NCBI GenBank assembly: GCA_963727485.1 | Contig: CAVSGM010000011.1 | Span: forward strand, 736,001-800,000 | Length of the DNA: 64,000 nt | Source: an uncultured delta proteobacterium | GTDB taxonomy: Bacteria > Myxococcota > Myxococcia > SLRQ01 | Direction: 5' to 3' | In this document: positions 38,271 to 49,495 of the stretch, one piece after another | Numbering within the stretch: position 1 is the first letter of the stretch | Layout of the letters: every line of letters begins with the position of its first letter | Program-made: the position numbers and the translations under genes | The notes under the pieces: model-generated | The model's database searches: none | Told to the model about the DNA's origin: nothing | The model's input: only the letters and a program-made list of their open reading frames with translations

Positions 38271-38942
38271 ATGACCATTCGCACCGTCAAGCTCCCCCAG
38301 GACCGGCCCATGGACGCCATGGAGCGCGGCTTCGTCCGCGAGGCCGTCCGGGGCCTGAAGATCACCGGCAGCAAGTGGGTCAAGAACCTCCTGGTGCCCC
38401 ACGATCGCAACGGCGAGATCCTCGACCGCCTCGGCTCCTCCGAGGTGACGACCATCGAGTACCCGGAGGAGCGCTCGCCGACCATGAGCCGGAGCTACCG
38501 GGCCATGCATCGGCTCACCTTCCGGGAGGACGGCAAGCCCCGGTGCGTGGCCTGCTACATGTGCTCCACCGCCTGCCCGGCCCACTGCATCTACATCGAG
38601 GCCGGTGAGTACCCCGACGATCCCATCGAGAAGTACCCGGTCCGCTTCGACATCGACGAGCTCAAGTGCATCGTCTGCGGGCTCTGCGTGGAGGCGTGCC
38701 CCAAGGACGCCATCCGCATGGACACCGGCCGGCACTGCACCGCCAGCCTCAATCGCGGCGCGGCCATCTACTCCCGGGAGCAGCTCCTCCACGAGTCCCA
38801 GCCCTTCGGCCCCACCCATCCCCACGGCGACGAGAACGAGATGAGCCGCGAGGCCCTCAAGTACCTCCAGGCCAAGGGCGAGCGGCCCCGGGGCTCCGAG
38901 GAGAAGCTCGAGGAGCGGATCGGGCCGGACCACCGGCGGTAG
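38271..38942 (+). CDS. nuoI: NADH-quinone oxidoreductase subunit I
   Basis: YPEE; CVACYMCSTACP and CIVCGLCVEACP. Confidence 0.93.
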   Translation: MTIRTVKLPQDRPMDAMERGFVREAVRGLKITGSKWVKNLLVPHDRNGEILDRLGSSEVTTIEYPEERSPTMSRSYRAMHRLTFREDGKPRCVACYMCSTACPAHCIYIEAGEYPDDPIEKYPVRFDIDELKCIVCGLCVEACPKDAIRMDTGRHCTASLNRGAAIYSREQLLHESQPFGPTHPHGDENEMSREALKYLQAKGERPRGSEEKLEERIGPDHRR

Positions 38943-38990
38943 CCCGCGGCGCTGGCGGCGGCCCCGGCGCCCCGGCTACACTCTCCGGCC

Positions 38991-40811
38991 ATGACCGCCA
39001 TGACCGGCCTCGACTGGGGCATCGTCGTCGCCTACCTGGTGGTCTCGGTCGTCATCGGGGTCCTCACCTCCCGGTCGGCGAGCGAGAGCACCGAGAGCTT
39101 CTTCGTCGCCGGCCGGAGCCTGCCCTGGTGGGTCGCGGGCACCTCCATGGTGGCGACCACCTTCGCCGCCGACACCCCCCTGTGGGTGACGGGGACGGTG
39201 GCCAAGTACGGCATCGCCGGGAACTGGTTCTGGTGGGGCTTCGCCATGGCCCACGTGCTGGCGGCGGTCTACCTCGCCAAGCTCTGGCGCCGCGCCGAGG
39301 TGATGACCGACGCCCAGGTCATCGAGGAGCGCTACTCCGGCCGGCCCGCGGCGGCGCTGCGCGCCTTCAAGGCCTTCTTCTTCGCGGTGGTCATCAACTG
39401 CATCACCATCGGCTGGGTGGTCCTGGCGATGCGGAAGATCATGGGCGTGTTCGTGGACTGGTCCGTGATCCTCCCCCAGGGCTGGTTCGCGGCCCTGGTC
39501 TCCGTCTGGCCCCACGGCCTCTCCATCGACCCCTCCACGGCCCTCTCGGTGTTCGTGGCGATGGCGCTGGCGGTGGGCTACTCGGTGATGGGCGGGCTGC
39601 GCGGGGTGGTGCTCACCGACCTGGTGCAGTTCGTCCTCGCCATGACCGGCGCCATCGCGGTGGCGGTGTTCGCGGTCCACAAGGTCGGCGGTCTCGACCA
39701 GCTCGTCATCCGGCTCCAGCAGGTCACCGGCGACGCCAAGGACGTGCTGGCCTACGCCCCCGCCGCCGACAGCACCTGGATGCCGCTCCAGCTCTTCGGC
39801 CTCTACCTGTTGGTGCTCTGGTGGGCCCAGAAGTACTCGGACGCCGGGGGCTACATCATGCAGCGCATGGCCGCCTGCAAGGACGACCGCCACGCCGCCG
39901 GCGCCACCCTCTGGTTCACCGCCCTCCACTACGTGGGCCGGACCTGGCCCTGGGTGCTGGCGGCGCTGGCGGCGCTGGTCCTCTACCCGGTGGCGAAGTT
40001 CCCGCACCTCGATCGCGAGGCCACCTACCCGATGCTGATGCGCGACGTCCTGCCCCCGGGGCTCCTGGGGGTCGCGGTGGCGTCCCTGGCGGCGGCGTTC
40101 ATGTCCACCATCGACACCCAGGTGAACTGGGGCGCCTCCTACCTGGTCAAGGACATCTACCAGCGCTTCCTCAACCGGCACGCCACCGAGCAGCACTACG
40201 TGAAGGCCTCCCGGTGGGCGGTGGCGATCATCGCCGTGGTCGCCGCGGTCATCGCCCTGCACATGACCTCCATCGACGCCGCCTGGAAGTTCTTCATGGC
40301 GCTGGGTTCGGGCCTGGGCCTGGTGAGCCTGGCGCGGTGGGTGTGGTGGCGGGTGAACGCCTGGAGCGAGCTCTCGGCGCTCTTCTCCACCTGCGCGGTG
40401 ACCACCGTGCTGCTCTTCTTTCCCAAGGTCTCCTACCCGGTGCAGGTGCTCTCGACCATGGGCATCTCCACGGTGGTCTGGGTGGCGGTGACCTTCCTCA
40501 CCCGGCCCACCAATCCCGCGCGCCTCGAGGCCTTCTACCGCCGGGTGCGGCCCCTGGGCTTCTGGGGCCCGGTGCGGGCCCGGTGCCCCGAGGTCCCGCC
40601 CAAGGAGCGCCCGGCGTCGGTGCTCACGGCCTGGGCAAGCGGCATCGCCTTCGTCTACCTGCTGCTCTTCGGGACCGGATCGCTGCTCATCGGCCGCCGG
40701 GGCCTGGGCGCGGTGATGGTGGCCGCCGGGGCGCTGTTCGGGTGGCTGACCTACCAGCTCATCCTCGGCCGGCGGCAGGCGGCGCCGGTGGAGGTGGAGC
40801 CGGCGGCCTGA
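38991..40811 (+). CDS. Sodium:solute symporter family protein
   Basis: FFVAGRSLPWW, GGLRGVVLTD, QRMAAC, AAFMST. Confidence 0.93.
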   Translation: MTAMTGLDWGIVVAYLVVSVVIGVLTSRSASESTESFFVAGRSLPWWVAGTSMVATTFAADTPLWVTGTVAKYGIAGNWFWWGFAMAHVLAAVYLAKLWRRAEVMTDAQVIEERYSGRPAAALRAFKAFFFAVVINCITIGWVVLAMRKIMGVFVDWSVILPQGWFAALVSVWPHGLSIDPSTALSVFVAMALAVGYSVMGGLRGVVLTDLVQFVLAMTGAIAVAVFAVHKVGGLDQLVIRLQQVTGDAKDVLAYAPAADSTWMPLQLFGLYLLVLWWAQKYSDAGGYIMQRMAACKDDRHAAGATLWFTALHYVGRTWPWVLAALAALVLYPVAKFPHLDREATYPMLMRDVLPPGLLGVAVASLAAAFMSTIDTQVNWGASYLVKDIYQRFLNRHATEQHYVKASRWAVAIIAVVAAVIALHMTSIDAAWKFFMALGSGLGLVSLARWVWWRVNAWSELSALFSTCAVTTVLLFFPKVSYPVQVLSTMGISTVVWVAVTFLTRPTNPARLEAFYRRVRPLGFWGPVRARCPEVPPKERPASVLTAWASGIAFVYLLLFGTGSLLIGRRGLGAVMVAAGALFGWLTYQLILGRRQAAPVEVEPAA

Positions 40812-40893
40812 TGGGGCGGGCGTCCGGGGGCGTGGGAAAGCCTTGACCGCCCGGGCCCCTGGCCCTTATATGCAGCGTTCCGCGGTCCGTGTT

Positions 40894-40970
40894 GGCGGTG
40901 TAGCTCAGTCGGCTAGAGCAGGGGTCTCATAAGCCCCGTGTCGGTGGTTCGATTCCACCCACCGCCACCA
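40894..40970 (+). tRNA. tRNA-Met(CAT), elongator type
   Basis: GGCGGTG/CACCGCC acceptor stem, TAGCTCAG D-arm, CTCATAA anticodon loop, GGTTCGATTCC, encoded CCA. Confidence 0.92.
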
Positions 40971-40973
40971 AAA

Positions 40974-41011
40974 CGAAGGCCCCGTCCCCTGCTCGGGGGA
41001 CGGGGCCTTCG
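40974..41011. terminator. Strong hairpin between the tRNA and the convergent cupredoxin gene
   Basis: CGAAGGCCCCGTCCCC-TGCTCG-GGGGACGGGGCCTTCG. Confidence 0.85.
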
Positions 41012-41065
41012 CCTTGGACCGGTCGCGGCGTGGAGGAGGGGAGGGCGCCGGGCCGGCCGCGTGCG

Positions 41066-41725
41066 CTACGGTTTGCGGGGGGCCTCGCCGTGGGCCGGCT
41101 GCCCGTGGCCCGTGCCGTGGCCCGTCCCCCCCGCGAGATCGAGGGTGGCCACCACCCGCCCCCCGTGGACCCGCACCGTGAACCGCCTCGCCTGCTGCCC
41201 CTGGGTGAGGGCCCGGCCCCAGACCGCGAGCTGGTAGCGGCCGTCGGGGAGCTCGGGGAGGCGGAAGCGCCCGTGGTCGTCGGTGAGGGTGAAGTAGGGG
41301 TTCTGGAGGACCACCACGTAGGCCTCCATGGTGGGGTGGAGGGAGCAGAGCTGGGTGTAGACGCCGAGCTTGGTGAAGGTGTAGCTGCGCCGCTGCCCCG
41401 GGGGCCAGTTGCCCAGGTTGTAGCCCTCATGGTCGGGGGAGAAGACGTTGTGGACCATGTCGTCGGAGTTGAGGAAGTCGACGGTGGTGCCCCGCACCAC
41501 CGGGAGGACCTTGGGTACGAAGTGCATGTGGCGCTGGTCCATCACCCGGTGCCGGGTGGGCGGGGTGAAGTGGCCGGGCGCCTTCACCACGTAGACCAGC
41601 AGGTTGTCGGCGTCGGCGACGCCCTCGACCTTCCCGGAGACGACGCTCAAACGAACGGCCGCCGCCCCCCCGAGGAGGGAGGCGGCGGCCCAGAAGATGG
41701 CCAGGCGGCGAAGCGCACGGCCCAT
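41066..41725 (-). CDS. Exported cupredoxin-like protein with carboxypeptidase-regulatory-like beta domain (copy B)
   Basis: Signal-like N-terminus; DQRHMHFVP, NSDDMVHNV, CSLHPTM (H..CxxHxxM type-1 Cu set). Confidence 0.8.
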   Translation of the reverse strand: MGRALRRLAIFWAAASLLGGAAAVRLSVVSGKVEGVADADNLLVYVVKAPGHFTPPTRHRVMDQRHMHFVPKVLPVVRGTTVDFLNSDDMVHNVFSPDHEGYNLGNWPPGQRRSYTFTKLGVYTQLCSLHPTMEAYVVVLQNPYFTLTDDHGRFRLPELPDGRYQLAVWGRALTQGQQARRFTVRVHGGRVVATLDLAGGTGHGTGHGQPAHGEAPRKP

Positions 41726-41730
41726 GACTG

Positions 41731-42330
41731 CTAGCGGTGGAGGCTGAAGTTCACGCTGGCGGGGGCGCCGGCCTTCACGGTGACGGTCTGCTGCGGGGCC
41801 TTGAGGTGCGAGTTCCACACCGCGATCTTGTAGGTCCCGGCAGGCACGCCGTCAATCTCGAAGTTGCCGGCACGGTCCACGGTGGAGGCGTAGCGGTTCT
41901 GGCCGACGAAGACGTAGGCCAGCATCTCCGGGTGGATGCTGCAGAGCTGGGAGTAGACGCCGGCCTTCTTGAACACGTGATTGCGGCTCTGGCCCGGGGA
42001 GAACACGCCGAGGTTGTACCCGTCACCGTCGGGGGTGAGCACGTCGTGGTCGACGTGGTCGCTGTTCTTGAACTCCACGGTGTCGCCCTTCTCGGCGATG
42101 AGGATGTGCGGGCTGAAGTGCATGTGCTTCTGGTTCATCTTCTCGGTGGAGGTCTTCTGGGGGTCCTTGACCTTGACCAGGTACACCACGGTCTCCTTGA
42201 GGTACTGGCCGGGGTCGGCCTGGACCTGGCCCTTGATGGAGCCGCCGTCGGCGAAGGCCGGCAGGGGCGCGAGGAAGGCGAGGGCTCCGAGAAGCAGGGC
42301 CGCGTGGGAGAGGGTCTTCTTGGCGTTCAT
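41731..42330 (-). CDS. Exported cupredoxin-like protein (copy A)
   Basis: Signal peptide AFA; NQKHMHFSP, NSDHVDHDV, CSIHPEM. Confidence 0.8.
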   Translation of the reverse strand: MNAKKTLSHAALLLGALAFLAPLPAFADGGSIKGQVQADPGQYLKETVVYLVKVKDPQKTSTEKMNQKHMHFSPHILIAEKGDTVEFKNSDHVDHDVLTPDGDGYNLGVFSPGQSRNHVFKKAGVYSQLCSIHPEMLAYVFVGQNRYASTVDRAGNFEIDGVPAGTYKIAVWNSHLKAPQQTVTVKAGAPASVNFSLHR

Positions 42331-42380
42331 TTCGATACTCCTTGTCTGCAGTTTGAAAGGGGTTGGTGCCGGGGTTCGGT

Positions 42381-43778
42381 CTAGAAGGCCCACATCATCC
42401 CGATCTGGATGTTCTCCAGCTCGGGCCCGAGGGCCGCGGTGGCGGTGGACGGCGTGATGGAGCCACCGGCGGGATCCCAGCTGCCCGGAGGCATGCCGTT
42501 GGCCATCTCGATGTCGCCGGAGACGGTGACCTTGAGGTTGGCCCGGACCAGCATGGCGACGCCGGGGATGATCCGCAGGTCGGACGCCGTGGTGCCGCCG
42601 GTGGGGTTGAGGCTCACGTACTCCACCCGCAGGGCCGGGACCAGCCAGGGGTAGACCACGTAGGACAGCTCGTCGTACTGCACCAGGGCGTTGACCGCGC
42701 TGCCGGTGTCGCTGGCGTGGTTGTGCTGCTCGGTGTAGGCGCCCGCGTAGAGCTGCAGGGAGCCGAGCTGGCCCTCAATCTGGCCGCCGAGGGTGAGGGC
42801 GGTGTCCTGCCGGTCGGTGCCGGCGCCGTCGGTGAAGCGGGAGTTGGAGTGGGAGGCGAAGAGGTCGACGGTCAGCGCGTTCTCCTCCCAGGGGCGCATG
42901 GGGTTGGTCGCGCTCTTGAACTTGCCCTCGCCATCGAGGGTCATCCCGCCGAGCTTGTAGCCGATGTGGGCGTACATGTCCTCGAGGGGCCGGACGTCGA
43001 CGTTGGCGCCGGAGTTCATGCCCACGGTGTAGTCGAAGCGGTGGGCGAGGACGCCGTGGACCTCGATGAGGTTGTAGTTGTCGGTGATGTTGAAGGAGTC
43101 GCTCTGGGCGCCGTAGAGGGCGGTCACCGGGACGATGGCCTGCTCACCGTCGGCGAGGTAGGTGGAGTGGGCGCCGAAGCTGGTGTAGCGGCCGGCGCCG
43201 TGACCCACCATCAGGTTCACCGCGTGCTTGGGGCCGATGAGGTCGTTGAAGAGCAGCAGCGCCTTCTCCACCTCCAGGGGATCCTGGGAGTTGGCGGTGA
43301 GCTCGCCGAAGAAGGTGTTCTTGCTGTCGAAGCTGCCGCCCATCCACAGGTGGCCTTCCTCGACCATGGTGCTGGCGTCGACGATGGTGCCGTTGGCGCC
43401 CTGCGCCTCGCTGGAGGAGGTCTGCGGATGGAGGACCACCTGGCCGTTGAAGCCGGCGGCCAGGGGTACCTGGCCCGGGAGGCTGGAGGGCCAGACCACC
43501 TTGGGGAAGAGCTTCTTGTAGGCCTCCTGGCCGAGCACCACCCGCTTGATCTGCCAGTAGTCGCTGTCGACGCCGGGGAAGCGGTAGCCGTTGCGGCGGA
43601 AGGCCTCACCGAAGGGGGTGAGCTTGGGGAAGACCGTGTGACAGGTGGTGCAGCTGGTGTGGTACTTGCGGGCGAAGGCGGGGATGGCCATCGCCGGGGT
43701 GGCGAAGAGGCCCGCGGCGCCGAGGGCGACGAGGGCAGCGACGAGTCGGGGGATGACTGGGAGCTTGTAGGACCGCAT
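42381..43778 (-). CDS. Cyc2-like outer-membrane monoheme cytochrome c-porin fusion (465 aa)
   Basis: Signal peptide, AIPAFARKY-HTS-CTTCH-TVF-PKL-TPFGEAFRRNGY, amphipathic beta strands, C-terminal W-A-F. Confidence 0.82.
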   Translation of the reverse strand: MRSYKLPVIPRLVAALVALGAAGLFATPAMAIPAFARKYHTSCTTCHTVFPKLTPFGEAFRRNGYRFPGVDSDYWQIKRVVLGQEAYKKLFPKVVWPSSLPGQVPLAAGFNGQVVLHPQTSSSEAQGANGTIVDASTMVEEGHLWMGGSFDSKNTFFGELTANSQDPLEVEKALLLFNDLIGPKHAVNLMVGHGAGRYTSFGAHSTYLADGEQAIVPVTALYGAQSDSFNITDNYNLIEVHGVLAHRFDYTVGMNSGANVDVRPLEDMYAHIGYKLGGMTLDGEGKFKSATNPMRPWEENALTVDLFASHSNSRFTDGAGTDRQDTALTLGGQIEGQLGSLQLYAGAYTEQHNHASDTGSAVNALVQYDELSYVVYPWLVPALRVEYVSLNPTGGTTASDLRIIPGVAMLVRANLKVTVSGDIEMANGMPPGSWDPAGGSITPSTATAALGPELENIQIGMMWAF

Positions 43779-43826
43779 GTTCTTCCCTTTCGGGGGGGTG
43801 GGGTTGAACTGCTCGCGCGGGGAAAG

Positions 43827-43842
43827 AGCAAGTCGCGGGCCA
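43827..43842 (-). promoter_or_regulatory. sigma-54 -24/-12 promoter
   Basis: TGGCCCG-CGAC-TTGCT versus consensus TGGCACG-N4-TTGCW, 48 nt before the ATG. Confidence 0.85.
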
Positions 43843-43906
43843 GGTTGCGGGAAGGCGGGTTTTCCGCGGTTTTCGCGGGGTTCCGGCGGAGCCTTCCCAG
43901 CCGACC

Positions 43907-43952
43907 TCGCATCCCTGCGGAAACGGCGTCCCCAGGCCTCGCAAGGCTGCGA
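43907..43952. promoter_or_regulatory. Two palindromic putative enhancer (UAS) sites
   Basis: TCGCA-TCCC-TGCGG (43907-43920) and TCGCA-AGGC-TGCGA (43939-43952). Confidence 0.65.
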
Positions 43953-43975
43953 GGTGCGCTGGCGCGAGGCCCTGG

Positions 43976-44630
43976 GAGCCTGTTGAGGGAGCGCCCCCGC
44001 GGGAGGATCCTTCGCCGGGGGCCTGACGGCCGGCCGGAGGCCGGTCCGGTTCTCCCGGGGGTTGGGGTTTGGAGGGCTCCGGGCCACTTGGTGCCCGGAG
44101 TCTTCCGCGGCTCACCCGCTCAGGTGGTCGCGAGCTCCGCCCGGTAGAGCTTCAGCAGGTTGTGCGTCAGGCAGTACCGGCTCCACTCCCCGCGCGCCTT
44201 CTTCAGCCCGCGCAGAAGCAGCTGCCGCACTCCTCGGGCCCCTTTGATCTGCCCCAAGACCGGCTCCACGATCACCTTCCGCCGGGCGTAGATCGCGTGC
44301 CGCTTATTCGTGGCCAGCTTCCGGGCCATGCGTTGCCTCGGCGTCGCATCCGTCGGTAGCGGGCCCCGGGCCGCGACCGGTTTCTCCCCGTGTTTCGGCC
44401 GCCCCGTCGCGAGGTACACGTCGATGCCCATCTCGCTCACGGCCTCCGCGTTCGCCGCCACCCAGTAGCCGTTGTCCGCCGTGAGCCGCGCCGGCGCCTG
44501 CCCGCAGCTCTGCACCGCCCGGCGCATCAGCGGGACCAGATGCGCCTGGTCCGGCGACTGGTGCGTCGTCCGAACGGGATCACACCCACCTGCTCGGTGT
44601 CGATCCCCTCCGGGTTGCTTCAGCAGGCTC
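43976..44630 (-). mobile_element. Internally deleted IS1182-family element
   Basis: IRs GAGCCTGTTGAGGGA / GAGCCTGCTGAAGCA, flanks CTGG/CTAG; transposase C-terminus only (ADNGY, YARRKVIVEPVLGQIK, RGLKK, HNLLK). Confidence 0.85.
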
Positions 44631-45964
<1,334 letters not shown>

Positions 45965-45968
<4 letters not shown>

Positions 45969-48187
45969 GACACCGCCTCCGCCCGATGGCCGGTGCCCTC
46001 GTAGGGGAGCCGCACCGCGAACACCGTGCCCTCGGGCCCGGTCCGCTCCACCTCCAACCGTCCGTCCATGTCCTCGATGATACCGCGGCTGACGAAGAGC
46101 CCCAGGCCGGTGCCCCGACCGCTGGGCTTGGTGGTGAAGAAGGGCTCGAAGACCCGGCGCTGCACCGCCTCGGGGATCCCGGTGCCCGTGTCCCGGGCCC
46201 GGAGCACCACCAGGTCCCCCTCGAGGGTGGTGGTGAAGGTCAGGGTGCCGCCCTCGGACATGGCGTCGAGGGCGTTGATGCCGAGGTTGAGGAGCACCTG
46301 CACCAGGTGATCCTCCCGGGTGCGGATGCCCGGGAGGTGCTCGGCGAGGGCGGTCTCGATCTGGATGGTCCGGGCCCGCGGCTCGTGACGCAGGAGGCGG
46401 ACCACGTCCTCGACCACCTGGTTCGCCGACACCAGGGTGACCTCCTCGCGCTGGCGCCTTGCGAAGTCGACGATGTCGCGCAGCAGCCGGGAGATGCGCT
46501 CGACCTGCCGGCCCACGATGCCCAGGGTCTCCCGGGTGTGGGTCTCGTCGCCGCCCTCGGCGAGCTTCAGCTGGCTCTGGATGGCGGCCAGGGGGTTGCC
46601 GATCTCGTGGGCCACCCCGGCGGCCAGCAGGCCGAAGGCCGCCATCTTCTCCTGGTGCATCATCTGGGCCTGCACCTGCCGCTCGGCGGTGACCACCCGC
46701 GCGATCTCCACCACCGAGCCCACCTCGCCCGCGTGGTCGTGCACCGGGTAGGTCTCCACGTGGAAGATTTCGGTGCCGCCGAGGGTGTGCTGGGTCCGGT
46801 CCACCGAGACCGTCCGGCCGGTGGCCAGGGTCTGCTCGGCGGGGCACCCGGAGTGGTCGGCGGTGTCGAAGGCCTCGCAGCAGTGGGAGCCCACCACAGT
46901 GTCCCCGTGGAGGCGCCGGGCGGTGTCGTTGGCCTGGGTGACGACGAGATCGCGATCGTAGACCAGGACCCGGTAGTCGATGGAGTTGAGGAGCAGCTCG
47001 CTGAAGCGCCGGCTCTCCTCGAGGCTCCGGGTCCGCTCCTCGACCCGGTGCTCCAGCAGCCGGTAGGAGTCGGCGAGGGCCTCGCTCATCTCGTTGAAGG
47101 TCCGCGCCAGGTGGGCGACCTCCTTGGGGCCCTTGGGGGGCACCCGGGCGCCGAGGGCCCCGCCGGTGAGACGGGCGGCGGCGTCGGCCAGGGCCTCGAG
47201 GGGCCGCACCAGCCCCCGGGAGGTGAAGAACACCGCCAGGGTGAGGAGGATCGCCAGCGCGGTGCCCATGGCGACCGCCTGGGCCCGGATGTGGTGGAGG
47301 CTGGCCAGGGCCGCCGAGAGGGGCTCCTCGACCACCACCCCCGCGGGGATCCCCGAGAGGGGCGCGTAGGCGACGATGGCGTCGTCCCCGCCGGGGAGCT
47401 CCCAGGTCGCGGTGTGGGTCCCTCGACCGAGGCCGCCGTGGGCGAGGTCGAGGTGGTCCGGGGCGGTGCGGTCGTCGGCGAGGGAGGTGGCGAGGACCCG
47501 ACCGGCGTCGTCGACCAGGTAGAGGGCGGCGTGGCTGGTCCGCTCCCGGCCCACGTGGACCAGGGCGTCGTGGATGCGGAAGCGGAAGCGGCCGCAGAAG
47601 TAGCCGAGGAAGTGCCCGAGGCTGTCGTGGACCGGCGTGGTCACCGAGAGCACCGGCTCGTCGCCCTGGGAGGCGAAGCCGGGGAGGCTCCCGGCGTCGG
47701 GCCCGAGGGTGCGGCAGGCCGGGAGCGTCGAGCCCAGGGGCCGCTCCGGGTGGGAGGTGCCCATGACCGTCCGGTCCGGGGCCAGGACCAGGAACTCCCG
47801 GGCGTCGGCGTCCTCGGCCACCTTGGCCCGCAGGAGGCGCTCCAGGGCGTTCTCCACCGACTGGCGGGTCTCCTGGGTGGTCACGCCCTTGATGCTGCGC
47901 AGGAGGCCGAAGAGGTGCTCGTTGCCCGCCACCAGGGAGGAGACCAGGGCCCGCTTCGAGGCGACGAAGCCGCTGGACTCGGAGGCCGCCAGGGAGGCCA
48001 CGTTGCGCACGTTCCGGTCGGCGGTGGCGTGCACGTAGCGGCCGGTCTGGATGTAGCCCCAGAGGTTGGTGATGAGCAGGGGCCCGAGGGAGAAGATGAT
48101 GAAGAGGAGGAAGAGGCGCTGCGCCAGGCTCCGCTCGCGCGTGGGGCGGCCCTCCGTGCCCCCCGGCGCGGTGTCGTGCGCAGACAT
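45965..48187 (-). CDS. Sensor histidine kinase (periplasmic Cache-like, HAMP, Cys-rich PAS, HisKA, HATPase)
   Basis: 2 TM, AHEIGNPL, QVLLNL, DTGTGI, FFTTK, GTGLGL; coupled to the regulator. Confidence 0.94.
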
Positions 48188-48527
48188 TGCTGGCTCCTCC
48201 GCCCCTCGCCGGGGCCGGGCGGAGGATTATGCACCATCCGGTCCAGAACCGCGATCAGGGGCGAATGGCCCCGAAAATCAACCGGTAGAACTTGCAGCTG
48301 GGCTGATTGACGGCAGGAACCGGGGGCCTAGTTGCGCAAATAATGCACATACGCCGGGGATCCCCCGAGAGGTCGCGCGCACGAGCTGCGAACACGGGGG
48401 CCGGGCCTGGCGCCGGGGGCCGGCCCGGCCGCCAGGAAACGGAAGGCCCCGCCCGGGACGTGCCCGGGCGGGGCCTGGGATCGATCCCGGCGGGAGTGGA
48501 GAGGGTCGCCGGGACCGGTGTCGGACG

Positions 48528-48743
48528 TCACGAGGCCTCGAGGAGGGCGGCGGTGTGGACCGCCGGGGCCGGGGTCGGGACCCGGGTCGACTGGAGGTCG
48601 GTCAGCACCGGCGCGGTCCGGTTCGGGCCGCCAGGGGCGTCGGGCCCGACGGGGGGCCGCAGGAAGCCGGCGGCGCTCACCGCGAGGACCGCGGCGACCA
48701 GAAGACCCGTGAACACACCGAAGATTCGATTGAAGACGACCAT
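48528..48743 (-). CDS. Small hypothetical protein with N-terminal TM/signal
   Basis: AAGGAG RBS; MVVFNRIFGVFTGLLVAAVLAV. Confidence 0.5.
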   Translation of the reverse strand: MVVFNRIFGVFTGLLVAAVLAVSAAGFLRPPVGPDAPGGPNRTAPVLTDLQSTRVPTPAPAVHTAALLEAS

Positions 48744-48856
48744 GACCTGCTCCTTGCTTCGCTGTCCCCTCCGGACATGCAGGGATACGCGGGCGGGGCC
48801 GCCCCATTTCACCGGGGCCCGGCCGCGAGCCGGGGCCGGGGTGGGACGCCCGGCGC

Positions 48857-49495
48857 TCAGCCCCGGAGGGCGAGGGCGAGGAGGAGCTGGCCGCCGTAGT
48901 AGAGGGGCAGGCCCCAGAGGCGGTTGGTGGGGCCCGGGGCCACGAAGCGGTCCCGGGCCACCGAGAGGTCCGAGAGGTAGAAGGCCACCGCGCCGGCGAG
49001 AAGCCAGGGGTCGAAGCGCAGCGCCACCGTGGCCACCGCCCCGGCGACCATCACGGTGATGGCCAGGGCGTAGAGGCGCACGGGCAGCCGCATCCCGTCC
49101 GAGACGTGGGGCGAGAGCCACCGGAGCACCAGGTGCCGGGGCACCAGCAGCACCGCCAGCGCCCCGGCCGCCACCCAGGGCGAGAGCCCCCGGACGGCGA
49201 AGGCGGCGGCGTAGGCGACGTGGGCCGCGAGGAAGCTCCCCAGGCCCGCGAGGAAGGCCGCCTTGGCCTTGGGGATGAGGAGGACGTCGCCGACCCAGGA
49301 GAGGGCGAACCCGGCGAGCAGGAGCCACCCGAAGGCGCTGCGCGTGGCGCCGAGGCCCAGCGCCACCAGGAGGAAGCCGGTGGACGCGGCGGGCTTGGCC
49401 ACCGCGGCGACCCGGCGCCAGCCGCGCACCTCGGCGACGAGGAGGACGGCGAGGCCGAGGCCGGTGAGGCCGGCGCCGGCGCCGGTGAGGCTCAT
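48857..49495 (-). CDS. Lysoplasmalogenase (YhhN) family
   Basis: AKP, GDVLL, GLGSFLAAHVAY, FYLSD, YYGGQ. Confidence 0.88.
   Translation of the reverse strand: MSLTGAGAGLTGLGLAVLLVAEVRGWRRVAAVAKPAASTGFLLVALGLGATRSAFGWLLLAGFALSWVGDVLLIPKAKAAFLAGLGSFLAAHVAYAAAFAVRGLSPWVAAGALAVLLVPRHLVLRWLSPHVSDGMRLPVRLYALAITVMVAGAVATVALRFDPWLLAGAVAFYLSDLSVARDRFVAPGPTNRLWGLPLYYGGQLLLALALRG

Noticed and set aside
40894..40970. Initiator tRNA-fMet or tRNA-Ile2
   Set aside because: G1-C72 is paired, unlike initiators; overall sequence fits elongator Met, though Ile2 cannot be fully excluded without a covariance model
42381..43778. Multiheme MtrA/MtoA-type conduit
   Set aside because: Only one CxxCH and no separate multiheme cytochrome gene
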